DNA of 64,000 nucleotides from Phyllobates terribilis (lineage: Eukaryota), in contig NW_027362772.1 of the NCBI RefSeq assembly GCF_046119375.1, positions 303,180,001-303,244,000 of the forward strand, written 5' to 3'. The position numbers were made by a program, and so were the translations under genes. The notes below the pieces were generated by a model that saw nothing but the letters and a program-made list of their open reading frames with translations, was not told the origin of the DNA and searched no databases. Position 1 is the first letter of the stretch. Each line of letters starts with the position of its first letter. This document shows, piece by piece, positions 1 through 11,125 of the stretch.

Positions 1-443
1 AACAGTCCTGCCCGCCAGTCTATCAGCCGTGCCCGCCAGTCTGCCTACCTGGAGCACCTGCCAGTTACCTGCCGTGCCCGCCAGCCTGCCTACCCGGAGC
101 ACCTGCCAGTTACCTGCTGTACCCGCCTGCTTGCCTACCTGAAGCACCTGTCTGGCCATCAGCCGTACCTGTCTGCTTTTCAACCCGGATCACCTGCCAG
201 CCTTCCTGCCGTGCTCATCCGCTGTACCGGTCAGCTCCTGCCATCTGACCCATGGGAGTCACCTGCTCTCACACAAAGTCGGTCCCAGAGTGGCACCTGG
301 TTCCCCTGCCCGGTCCCTCCCTATTTCACAGAGTTCACTAAGCCGCCTTGTGACTTGGGTCGGTCCGAATAGGCACTTAGTTACACCCCTCTGGTCCCTC
401 CTTGCACTGAAGCACAGAGGTTCCACCACCCGGACCCGTAACA
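1..443 (+). repeat. 5' LTR (5' part outside window)
   Basis: Ends ...GGACCCGTAACA like the 3' LTR; aligns with 4850-5252. Confidence 0.9.
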
Positions 444-456
444 GTTTGCTCAGGCC

Positions 457-1407
457 ATGGAACCCGGTGGCCCCCAGGCTCCTTCGATCTCAGAACTGTA
501 CCAAGAGGTCTCTCGCCAGAGATCCCAACAGGATACTATCCTGTCCTATCTGCAGACAGTCAACTCCCACCTGGACACGCTGTCCACCCCGACTGTGTCC
601 GTCTCTAACCGAGCAGCACCCGGTCCGGCGGCACCTCAACCCAGTGGCGCTGTGGCACTCGCCTTTGGACCCCGGCTCTCTGCGCCTCCACGTTTTAGTG
701 GTGACCCCGTCCTATGTCGGGGCTTCATAAATCAGTGCACGCTGCACTTTGAACTCCTGGCACACCACTTCACCTCCGACCAGGCCAAGGTGGCGTTCAT
801 CATGTCTCACCTCACCGGAGAGGCGTTGTCATGGCTTAACCCTCTGTGAGAAAGATGGGATCCCCTGGTGTCCGATCTTCTGGCTTTCCTCGCTGCCTTC
901 CGGAAGGTCTTCGATGAGCCCGGACGAAAATCTTCTACTGCCTCCTCACTTCTCTGTCTCCGCCAAGGAAGTCTCACTGTGGGCCAGTATGCTGTACGTT
1001 TCCGAACCCTCGCATCAGAACTTGCCTGGAATGATGAGGCCCTGGTGTCCACCTTTTGGGAGGGCCTTTCTGGACGGATCAAGGATGAGCTTGCCGGTCG
1101 TGACATCCCTTCCACGCTGGACGACCTGGTGTCATTAGCTACCTGGATTAACATCCGTTTTCTGGAACGTGCTAAGGAGACGACCCGGGAGAGAAGATTT
1201 TCGCGTCTCACTCCAACATTCCAAAGGCTAGACTCGCAACCAGCAACCCCCCGGGCAGGTTCGCCAGAGCCCATGCAAATTTACCAAACCAAGATGGTCA
1301 AGTCTCGCCTGGAGACACGCCGAGCCGAGGGGAGTTGCTTCTACTGTGGCAGTGTCGAGCATTTGATCCGTTCCTGCCCGTTGAGGCCGGGAAACTCCAG
1401 TGTCTAG
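457..1407 (+). pseudogene. gag-like ORF with premature TGA (847-849)
   Basis: ORFs 457-849 and 868-1407 share a frame; C-terminal CX2CX4HX4C knuckle CFYCGSVEHLIRSC. Confidence 0.88.
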
Positions 1408-1439
1408 GACCGCTCGGAGAGATCGTCCTAGCAAGAGTA

Positions 1440-4400
1440 AATCCTCTCCGTCCTTGACTCTGTCTGTTTCCTTTTCCAGTGGTGAGACCCACTTCTTCGA
1501 GACTGCCCATCTGGATTCCGGAGCCGCTGGAAACCTCATTCAACAGGCCGTTGTGGAGCATTATCAGATTCCTACCGTACGTCTGGCTGAACTGTTGGCG
1601 GTTGCCTCTGTGGATGGGAAGCTTCTGCCGGAAACCATCTTGCTCGTCACTGAGCCTGTAACCCTTCAGATGGGAATGCTGCACTTGGAGAAGATCTCCT
1701 TTCATGTGCTGTCCGGTCTCTCTCACTCCCTCTTATTTGGTCTACCCTGGTTACAAAGACATGAGCCCGTCCTGAATTGGAGATCTGGTGAAGTGCTCCA
1801 TTGGGGTCAGGAATGCCATGAGTCCTGTCTGGTTCCGGTTCGTCCTGCTCGATCCCCGTCTACTCCGGCTAATCTGCCTGGTCTGCCGGCACCCTACTGG
1901 TCCTATGCGGACGTCTTTGACAGAAAGGAAGCGGAGACACTACCACCTCATAGGCCGTATGATTGCCCCATCGACCTGGTACTTCTCCTCCCCGCGGACA
2001 AATCTACCCTTTGTCGCTGGCCGAGACCTGTGCCATGTCTGAGTACATAGAGGAGAATCTTGCTAGGGGATTTATCCAGAAATCTTCCTCCCCGGCTGGA
2101 GCAGGATTCTTCTTCGTCAAGAAGAAAGATGGCTCTCTACATCCCTGTATCGATTACAGGGGCCTAAACCAGATTACCATCAAAAATAAGTACCCCCTGC
2201 CTCTCATCTCGGAGCGTTTTGACCGCCTTAAAGGCACGAAGATCTTCATCAAGCTTGATCATCGTGGGGCGTACAATTTGCTCCGGATTCGCCAGGGAGA
2301 CAAGTGGAAGACGGCATTCAACACCCGGGACGGTGTGTTCCTGCATGGTGGTGTACCTGGACGATATCTTGGTTTTCTCTCCGGATCTGCCCTCACACTG
2401 GAGGGATGTTCGTCAGGTTCTGCTGAGGCTCCGGAAGAATCGCCTGTACTCTAAATATGAGAAATGCCTCTTTGAGCAGACCTCTCTGCCATTCCTGGGT
2501 TATGTTATCTCCGAGACTGGTCTGCAGATGGATCCCGAGAAGGAGTCTGCCATCTGAAAGTGGCCCCGACCGGAGGGGTTGAAGGCGATTCAACGATTCC
2601 TGGGCTTCACAAACTATTACCGCCTCTTCATTCCTCATTTCTCCTCCCGGACTGCTCCCATCTCTGCGCTCACCCGTAAAGGAGCAAATCCCAGGGAATG
2701 GACTTCCGAAGCGGAGAAGGCCTGCGTCTCCCTTAAACAAGCCTTCTCCTCCGCTCCTGTGCTACACCGTCCGGATTGCAACAAGCAGTTCTTCCTGGAG
2801 GTTGATGCCTCCTCCTCCGGGTACGGAGCAGTGCTCACCCAAAAATCCTTGTCCGGGTGAATGGTGATCTGCGGATTCTTCTCCAAGCTCTTCTCCTCGT
2901 CCAACCGCAACTACTCTATAGGAGATCGAGAACTGCTGGCCATCAAGTTAGCGCTGGAGGAGTGGCGCTATTTGCTTGAGGGGGCTCTGCACCCGGTGGT
3001 CATCTGCACTGACCATAAGAACCTCGCTTATTTGCAGAATGCCCAAAGACTAAATCCGCGTCAGGCCAGGTGGTCTCTATTCTTTGCCCGATTCTGCTTC
3101 ACTCTGCACTACCGCCCAGCGGACAAGAACATTAAAGCTAGCGCTCTATCCCGCTCATTCCTGTCTTCCGACCAAGAGGAGGAGCCTCTACATATCATTG
3201 ACCCCTTCAAAGTAATGACTGTTGCTCCGTTTGACCTATCTCATCTTCCACCCGGTAAGACCTTTGTAGCGGCTCCGGATCGGAAGAAGGTTCTACTCTG
3301 GGGCCATTCATCCAAACTAGCCGGTTATGATCATCTGAGGAAGACCTTTCTGCTCGTTGCCCGACATTACTGGTGGTCTTCCCTGCGCAAGGATGTTGCG
3401 GACTTTGTCGCGGCTTGTTCCTCTTGTGCCCGTAACAAGGTTCCCAGGCACCTTCTAGCCGGCCATCTCCTTCCTCTTCCCGTGCCTTCCACTCCGTAGC
3501 AACACATTGCAATGGACTTCATTACGGATCTCCCTGTTTCTGCCGGTTGTACTGTTATTTGGGTGGTCGCCGACCGCTTTTCTAAGATGGCCCACTTCAT
3601 CCCTCTGCCTGGTCTTCCATCTGCATCTGTGCTGGCTAAGGACTTCATCCATCACATCTTCCGTCTTCAGGGCCTACCCCTCCACATTGTGTCTGATCGC
3701 GGGTTCAGTTCACTTTGCGCTTCTGGAGAGCCACGTGCAAGCTGCTGGACATCTCTTTGGATTTCTCTTCTGCTTGTCGTCCTCAGTCCAATGGTCAAGT
3801 GGAACGTATCAATCAGATCCTTACCAGCTTTCTTTGGCACTTTGTCAACGCTCACCATAGAGATTGGGTTGAGCTCCTGCCCTGGGCCAAGTTCTCCTAT
3901 AACAACCATGAGAGCGAGTCTTCTACTAAATCCCCATTTTTTGTGGTCTACGGTCGACACCCCCGGATTCCGTTTCCCGTCTCCTCTTCTGTGGACAATC
4001 CTGCTGTGGAGTCTCTCGTCAGCGAATTTTCGGCTATTTGTGAAGACACTAGATCTGCACTTCTTCAGTCCTCCGAGCGGATGAAGAGACATGCTGATAA
4101 GAGACGTCTGGATCCGGCCCTATTCCGTCCAGGAGACAAGGTCTGGCTTTCCTCCAAATATGTCCGTCTCAAGATACCATCTTACAAGTTGGGTCCGCGG
4201 TTCGAGGTTCTGAACCCAATCAATCCCGTGGCTTACAAGCTGAAACTCCCGGTCACCTTACGGATTCCCAACTCCTTTCATGTATCTCTCCTCAAACCAG
4301 TTGTTCTTAATTCTTTCTCTGATGATCCAGGTACCCCTCCAGCTCCAGTCTCTGCTGAGGACGTCTTTGAGGTAGAGAACATTTTGGCCACCAAGAGGGT

Positions 4401-4510
4401 AAGAGGAAAGACTTTCTTTCTTGTGGATTGGAAGGGGTTTGGTCTGGAGGAGAGGTCTTGGGAACCCAGGGAGAACATTCATGCCCCTCATCTTCTTAAA
4501 AAATTTCTCG
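1440..4510 (+). pseudogene. pol (PR-RT-RH-IN-chromodomain), frameshifted
   Basis: LDSGA protease motif, YLDD near 2354, RNase H ELLAIKLALEEWR/TDH, integrase [18 protein letters not shown], chromodomain FLVDWKGFGLEERSWEP; RT has an internal deletion between KTAFNTRDG and YLDD. Confidence 0.9.
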
Positions 4511-4547
4511 CTGGCCTAAAGAAGAGGGGACGTAAAGGGATGGGTAC

Positions 4548-5252
4548 TGTAGCATCGGCGTCTCTGCCTCCTGCCGGGCAGAGACGTCGTTCCCCTCACC
4601 GCGGCGGTCCCGGTCCGGCATCTTCCTGCTCCCCTAATGGTGCTGCTGTGGCGCGCACAGCGCGCAGCTTCCCGGGCACTGTGCTTAGGCACTCCCTCTT
4701 AAAGGGGCCGCGCGCGCCGTCCTAAAGAGTCCCCGGCCAATGGCCGGAGGACTTCCCATTTATAAGGCACCTCCTCCAAAATGGAGGTGCCTGTGCAAGG
4801 TTGTTGTTTTGTGTGCTAACACTTTCTTCAGCCCTCAGGTCTCGCTGCCTGTCAGCCTTGCGCGCCAGTCTGTCTATCAGCCGTGCCCGCCAGTCTGCCT
4901 ACCCGGAGCCACTGCCAGTAACCTGCTGTACCCGCCTGCTTGCCTACCCGGAGCACCTGTCTGGCCATCAGCCGTATCTGCCCGCTTTTCTATCCAGATC
5001 ACCCGCCAGCCTTCCTGCCGTGCTCATCCGCTGTACAGGTCAGCTCCTGTCATCTGACCCATGGGAGTCACCTGCTCTCACACAAGGTCGGTCCCAGACT
5101 GGCACCTGGTTCACCTGCCCAGTCCCTCCCTGGTTCACAAAGTCGACTAAGCCGCCGTGTGACCTGGGTTGGTTCGAGTAGGCACTTAGTTACGCCCCTC
5201 TGGTCCCTCCTTGCACCAAAGCACAGAGGTTCCACCACCCGGACCCGTAACA
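4548..5252 (+). repeat. 3' LTR, 705 bp
   Basis: TG...CA termini, follows purine tract, TATA-like TTTATAA near 4760; right flank CATTA. Confidence 0.92.
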
Positions 5253-7062
5253 CATTACATTACTGATCCTGAGTTACCTCCTGTATTATACTCCAGAGCT
5301 GCACTCACTATTCTGCTAGTGCAGTCACTGTGTACATATATTACATTACTGATCCTGAGTTACATTCTGTATTATACTCCAGAGATGCACTCACTATTCT
5401 GCTGGTGCAGTCACTGTGTACATACATTACATTACTGATCCTGAGTTACATCCTGTATTATACTCCAGAGCTGCACTCACTATTCTGCTGGTGCAGTCAC
5501 TGTGTACATACATTATGTAGCATCGGTGTCTCTGCCTCCTGCCGGGCAGAGACGCCGTTCCCCTCACCGCCGTGGTCCCAGTCCGGCGTCTTCCTGCTGC
5601 TGCTGTGGCGCGCACCACACGAAGCTTCCCGGGCACTGTGCTTAGGCCGCGCGCGCCCTCCTAAAGAGTCCCCGGCCAATGGCCGGAGGACTTCCCCTTT
5701 ATAAGGCACCTCCTCCAAAATGGAGGTGCCTGTGCAAGGTTGTTGTTTTGTGTGCTAACACTTTCTTCAGCCCTCAGGTCCTGCTGCCTGTCAGCCTTGC
5801 CCACCAATCTGTCTAACAGTCCTGCCCGCCAGTCTGTCTATCAGCCGTGCCAGCCAGTCTGCCTACCTGTCTGCCAGCCTTCCTGCCGTGCTCATCCGCT
5901 GTAGCGGTCAGCTCCTGTCATCTGACCCATGGGAGTCACCTGCTCTCACACAAGGTTGGTCCCAGAGTGGCACCTGGTTCACCTGCCCAGTCCCTCCCTG
6001 GTTCACGGAGTCGACTAAGCCGCCGTGTGACCTGGGTCCGTCCGAGTAGGCACTTAGTTACGCCCCTCTGGTCCCTCCTTGCATCACAGCACAGAGGTTC
6101 CACCATCGGGACCCGTAACACATTACATTACTGATCCTGAGATACATCCTGTATTATACTCCAGAGCTGCACTCACTATTCTGCTGGTGCAGTCACTGTG
6201 TACATACATTACATTACTGATCCTGAGTTACATCCTGTATTATACTCCAGAGCTGCACTCACTATTCTGCTGGTGCAGTCACTGTGTACATACATTACAT
6301 TACTTATCCTGTACTGATCCTGGGTTACCTCCTGTATTATACTCCAGAGCTGCCCTCACTATTCTGCTGGTGCAGTCACTGTGTACATACATTACTGATC
6401 CTGAGTTACATCCTGTATCATACTCCAGAGCTGCACTCACTATTCCGCTGGTGCAGGCACTGTGTACATACATTACATTAATGATCCTGAGTTACCTCCT
6501 GTATTATACTCCCGAGCTGCACTCACTATTCTGCTGGTGTAGTCACTGTGTACATACATTACATTACTGATCCTGAGTTACATCCTGTATTATACTCCAG
6601 AGCTGCACTCACTATTCTGCTGGTGTAGACACTGTGTACATACATTACATTACTGATCCTGAGTTACATCCTGTATTATACTCCAGAGCTGCACTCGCTA
6701 TTCTGCTGGTGTAGTCACTGTGTACATACATTACATTACTGATCCTGAGTTACATCCTGTATTATACTCCAGAGCTGCACTCACTATTCTGCTGGTGCAG
6801 TCACTGTGTACATACATTACTGATCCTGAGTTACATCCTGTATTATACTCCAGAGCTGCACTCACTATTCTGCTGGTGCAGTCACTGTGTACATACATTA
6901 CATTACTTATCCTGTACTGATCCTGGGTTACCTCCTGTATTATACTCCAGAGCTGCACTCACTATTCTGCTGGTGCAGTCACTGTGTACATACATTACAT
7001 TACTGATCCTGAGTTACCTCCTGTATTATACCCCAGAGCTGCACTCACTATTCTGCTGGTGG
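5253..7062 (+). repeat. 86-bp tandem satellite array (81-bp variants), interrupted by a solo LTR
   Basis: Unit TGTGTACATACATTACATTACTGATCCTGAGTTACATCCTGTATTATACTCCAGAGCTGCACTCACTATTCTGCTGGTGCAGTCAC. Confidence 0.96.
5516..6120 (+). mobile_element. Solo LTR of the 1-5252 Gypsy family with 5-bp TSD CATTA
   Basis: TGTAGCA...GTAACA; CATTA at 5511-5515 and 6121-6125. Confidence 0.95.
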
Positions 7063-7077
7063 AATCACACTGTATTA

Positions 7078-7356
<279 letters not shown>

Positions 7357-7485
7357 CTATTATACGAGCTCCTTTGTGCTCATTTCCTGCAGAGCATCGC
7401 TCTTGTCTACATGCTGTGCAGGGAACCGCAGCAGAGCCCACTGAAGTGAATGGGCCTGTATTATTGTCCTCTGCACAGATATTAA

Positions 7486-7623
7486 AGGGCTACTCCATAC
7501 TTGGCCAGGAATAAGTGACAGATGCGGCCACATCTTCATTCTCATGGGGCATTTCGGACCCCCGTTCTGAAGATCAGTGGGGTCCCAGTGGTCGGATACG
7601 TTGCCAGGTTGGGGAATAATCTT
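7486..7623. mobile_element. Probable TTAA-flanked T2/Kolobok-type MITE
   Basis: TTAA AGGG... at left and ...CTT TTAA at right; imperfect termini; also present in the 31.5-31.7 kb duplicate. Confidence 0.45.
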
Positions 7624-8149
7624 TTAATTATTGATGGAGTCTCATCAGTCTAAGGAATAATGGGGACCCCCTCCCTCTCCGAACAGCAAATGATGGCAGA
7701 CCCCAGCAATCACGGGATGGAAGACCCCTTTGAAATGAAATAATTCCAGTTTTGCAGATACATTTATTCTGTTCTAGCTTTTGCAGAATTATTTTTTTTT
7801 GATCCGTCCACTCAAGAGATTCAGGAAAGCAGGGACCAGGCAGAGAAAGGGTTAACCGTCTCATGTCATAATAAGGGTGTTGTAATGCGGTCGGCTCTGC
7901 GTTATTACACCACGCACTGTACATGTATTCACACTGACCCCTGCACACATCGCACTTGGGTAAGGAAAAATGGGGTTAGAGGTCAGAAGAAAACCAGACG
8001 GCGGCCAAAACCGCGCAATTATTTAATCACAGCCGGACGAGCGACTGCAGCGCACGGGGCCACGTGGCCTCATATGTACAAGGATCGAAATTCTATGGTG
8101 ACCGATGTCTCGGCGTCAGGGTAAAAGCGCTGGCTGTATATGGACGGTG

Positions 8150-8853
8150 TGTTATGCGCTTTGCAGAGGGACCCATCAAGACTGGCACCAAACCAGCAAA
8201 GGCGCAGACACAGACGCAGTTGGCACAAGCTGCCAAGCTAGGCGAGCCCTTGAGGGCCGGGAATACTCTTCACCCAGCTCCCAGTAAATGGAAGGGGGAC
8301 TTTGGCAGAGCCCTTCCCAGGCCCACTGTTGCCGGACAGCTGGTGTCTGGTGACGTGGCTGGTGCCTAGTCGAGGACCAGGTGAGTACTTCTGCTAGAAC
8401 CCCAGAAATTGAAACCAGATGAGAAAATAAGAGAAAAGATAGATAACCTAGCACCACTCACCACCAGAGCACATAAACTGCAATAAACAGCAAGGCACTG
8501 AGCAGGGAGCAGAATTAAATAGCCCGACAAATGATCAGTTGTTGAATACCTCCCAATCATCCCCAGGCAGCCACTCTCTGCTAGCTTGCACAGCAGAATG
8601 AACACAATTCCACCATTGCTTAGCAGCGTCCTGCATTGCCTGGCAATGGGGGAAATCAGTGAGAGACACGGCTTTCCACGTCCTCACACTTCCTACACCA
8701 GAACGCGATGCTTGAAAAGATTGTGGCAATCTCCGTGGACGTGTAGTAGCTCCGCCTCCAGGATCAGGACAATGGCAGCGCCTGCAACCAAAGTAACGCA
8801 GCACCGGACCTGCTCTATTCCCAGGTGGGAGCACAGAGCCACGATTCCTAACA
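8150..8853 (-). mobile_element. Solo LTR (704 bp) with 5-bp TSD CGGTG
   Basis: TGTTA...CTAACA termini; CGGTG at 8145-8149 and 8854-8858; absent at the paralogous site near 32240; orientation inferred from TATTTAA at 8521-8515. Confidence 0.85.
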
Positions 8854-8899
8854 CGGTGCAGTTTTAGTTTCCATGCAAGGCTCAGCCACCCGTTTCTCC

Positions 8900-9160
8900 A
8901 CTTTATTTAATTATTCATTTTACTCACTTTTATAGCGGCATTAATTCCACAGGGCTTCACAGACATTATCGGCACTGTCCCCATTGGGGCTCACAATCTA
9001 AACTCTAAAACTCTAAACTCAATCTAAACTTGTATGTCTTTGGAGTGTGTGATGAAACCTGAGAACCCGTAGGAAACCCACGCAAACACGGGGAGAACAT
9101 ACTTGCAGATGTTGTCCTTGGTGGGATTTGAACCCAGGACCCCAGAGTTGCAGGTGCATA
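8900..9160 (-). mobile_element. tRNA-derived SINE (V-SINE-like)
   Basis: B-box GGTTCAAATCC near 9125-9135 on -, followed by V-domain-like ATGTTCTCCCCGTGTTTGCGTGGGTTTCC. Confidence 0.7.
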
Positions 9161-9164
9161 TACT

Positions 9165-9620
9165 TCACATTGTATGATTTTTACATAATTAATTTGCATT
9201 TTATTGCATGAAATAAGTATTTGATACAGCAAGAAAACAGAACTTAATGCTTGGTACAGAAACCTTTTTTTGCAATTACAGAGGTCAGACGTTTCCTGTA
9301 GTTCTTGACCAGGTTTGCACACACTGCAGCAGGGATTTTGGCCCCCTCCTCCATACAGATCTTCTCCAGATCTCCAGATCTTTCAGGTTTCAGGGCAGTC
9401 ACGGGGCAACATTGAGTTTCAGCTCGCTTCAAAGATTTTCTATTGGGTTCAGGTCTGGAGACTTGCTAGGCCACTCCAGGACCTTGAAATGCTTTTTATG
9501 GAGCCACTCCTTAGTTGCCCTGGCTGTGTTTCTGGTCATTGTCATGCTGGAAGACCCAGCAATGACCCATCTTCAATGCTATTACTGAGGGAAGGAGATT
9601 GTTGGCCAAAATCTCGCGAT
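9165..9620 (-). mobile_element. Tc1 transposon 3' fragment
   Basis: Transposase C-terminus [38 protein letters not shown]; fused directly to a Gypsy integrase at about 9620. Confidence 0.75.
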
Positions 9621-11084
9621 CGGGGGACCCAGTTTGTTTCCAAGTTCTGGAAGGCATTCTGTTCTCGACTGGGGGTGCAGCTGTCCTTTTCCTCAGCCTT
9701 CCACCCTCAGTCGAATGGACAGACCGAGCGTATCAATCAGAATTTGGAGACCTACCTCAGTTGTTTCGTCTCCGAAAATCAGGAGGATTGGGCATCCTAC
9801 TTACCGCTGGCAGAATTTGCCATTAATAATCATCACCAAGAATCCACTGGCAGGTCAACGTTCTTTGGTGCATATGGTTATTACCCACAGTTTGGTACCT
9901 TTGGTGGGGGAGGAACTTCAGGAGTTCCTGAGGAGGAACGGGTTGCTTCGTCGCGCTCCTCGGTATGGCAGGGTGTTCTGAGTAATTTAAAGATCATGGG
10001 AGAAAGGTATAACCGTATGGCTGACAGAAAACGCTTGCCAGGTCCGGACCTGAATGTGAATGACTTTGTGTAGTTATCTACCAGGAATAAAAGATTGAAA
10101 GTTCCTTCTTGGAAGCTGGGACCTAGGTTTATTGGTCCCTGTAAAATAACCGCCATCATTAACCCAGCAGCGTTTCATCTTGAACTTCCTCAGGCCCTTA
10201 GGGTCCACAACGTGTTCCATAGGCCCTTATTCAAGAAGTATGTGGAACCTCTTGAGCCCTCACCTCTACCACCACCCCCAGTAATGGTTGATGGTATTCT
10301 GGAGTCCCAGATTTTGAGGATTGTAGATTCTCGTCTCCAATGTCGTTCTCTACAATACTTGGTGCACTGGAAGGGTTATGGTCCAAATGAGAGGATGTGG
10401 GTTTCAGCGTCAGAGGTGAACGCTCCCAGGTTGATTCGTTCATTCCACACTTCTTATCCTGAGAAACCCGGTCCTGAGTGTCCTGAGGCCACTCGTAGAG
10501 GGGGGGGGGGCGGGGTACTGGCATGGGTGTGTCAGAAGTGACAGACAATCGCCCTGCAGTGGGTTGCAGGAGATTTCTACGTTTGGCATTGCAGACACAT
10601 TCTTAGAGGCTGTCTCTAGGACCCAGCAGCTACCTTCCTCTGGCTGATTAACACCCTGGCATGGGTGTATAAATACCTTCTGTGTTCCAGAGGGAGGTGC
10701 CAGCGATATTCATTACTCCTTGTGAAGGCTTTAGCAAGAGCAGTACTTCTTCCTCTCTGGTGCGGAGGACGTGTGCGCATTTGTCTGGAGTCGTCTAAAG
10801 CTAAGTAATTTCCCCCTGATTGTCCTCCCTTGTTGCCTTTAGTGTTCAGTGGGGATCGACTAGTGCTCATCTCCTCCCTTACCTAGCCTTAGTTAAACGC
10901 CAGGGAAAGACAAGGTGAGGAACGCGTGTGGCGATTGGTGAAGAGCCAATATAGGGACGTTAGAATATCACCATGTCTCCCCTATCAGCCAGGAGGTCTC
11001 TACTACCCCCTTTCCCTAGAGTCTGGGCTTCCTTTCCCTCTTCCCTTTGTGTTGCACTAAGTCTTTCCCACACCTTGCGTGACA
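9618..11084 (+). mobile_element. Gypsy chromovirus 3' fragment (IN core, chromodomain, PPT, 3' LTR 10519-11084)
   Basis: DRGTQF...[10 protein letters not shown]; YLVHWKGYGPNERMWV; G-tract 10499-10515; LTR ends GTGACA. Confidence 0.9.
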
Positions 11085-11125
11085 CCATGCTGCTGTTGTC
11101 TTTTAAGTGTTTTAGCTCACCTCAG

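Larger units (their letters stand above)
1..5252 (+). mobile_element. Ty3/Gypsy chromodomain LTR retrotransposon (Tf1/sushi group), near full length, decayed
   Basis: Partial 5' LTR to 443, gag, protease, RT, RNase H, integrase, chromodomain, purine tract 4521-4547, 3' LTR TGTAGCA...GTAACA; several stops and frameshifts. Confidence 0.95.

Noticed and set aside
9100-9160. Possible tRNA gene
   Set aside because: Only a B-box; it continues into SINE body and no cloverleaf is evident.
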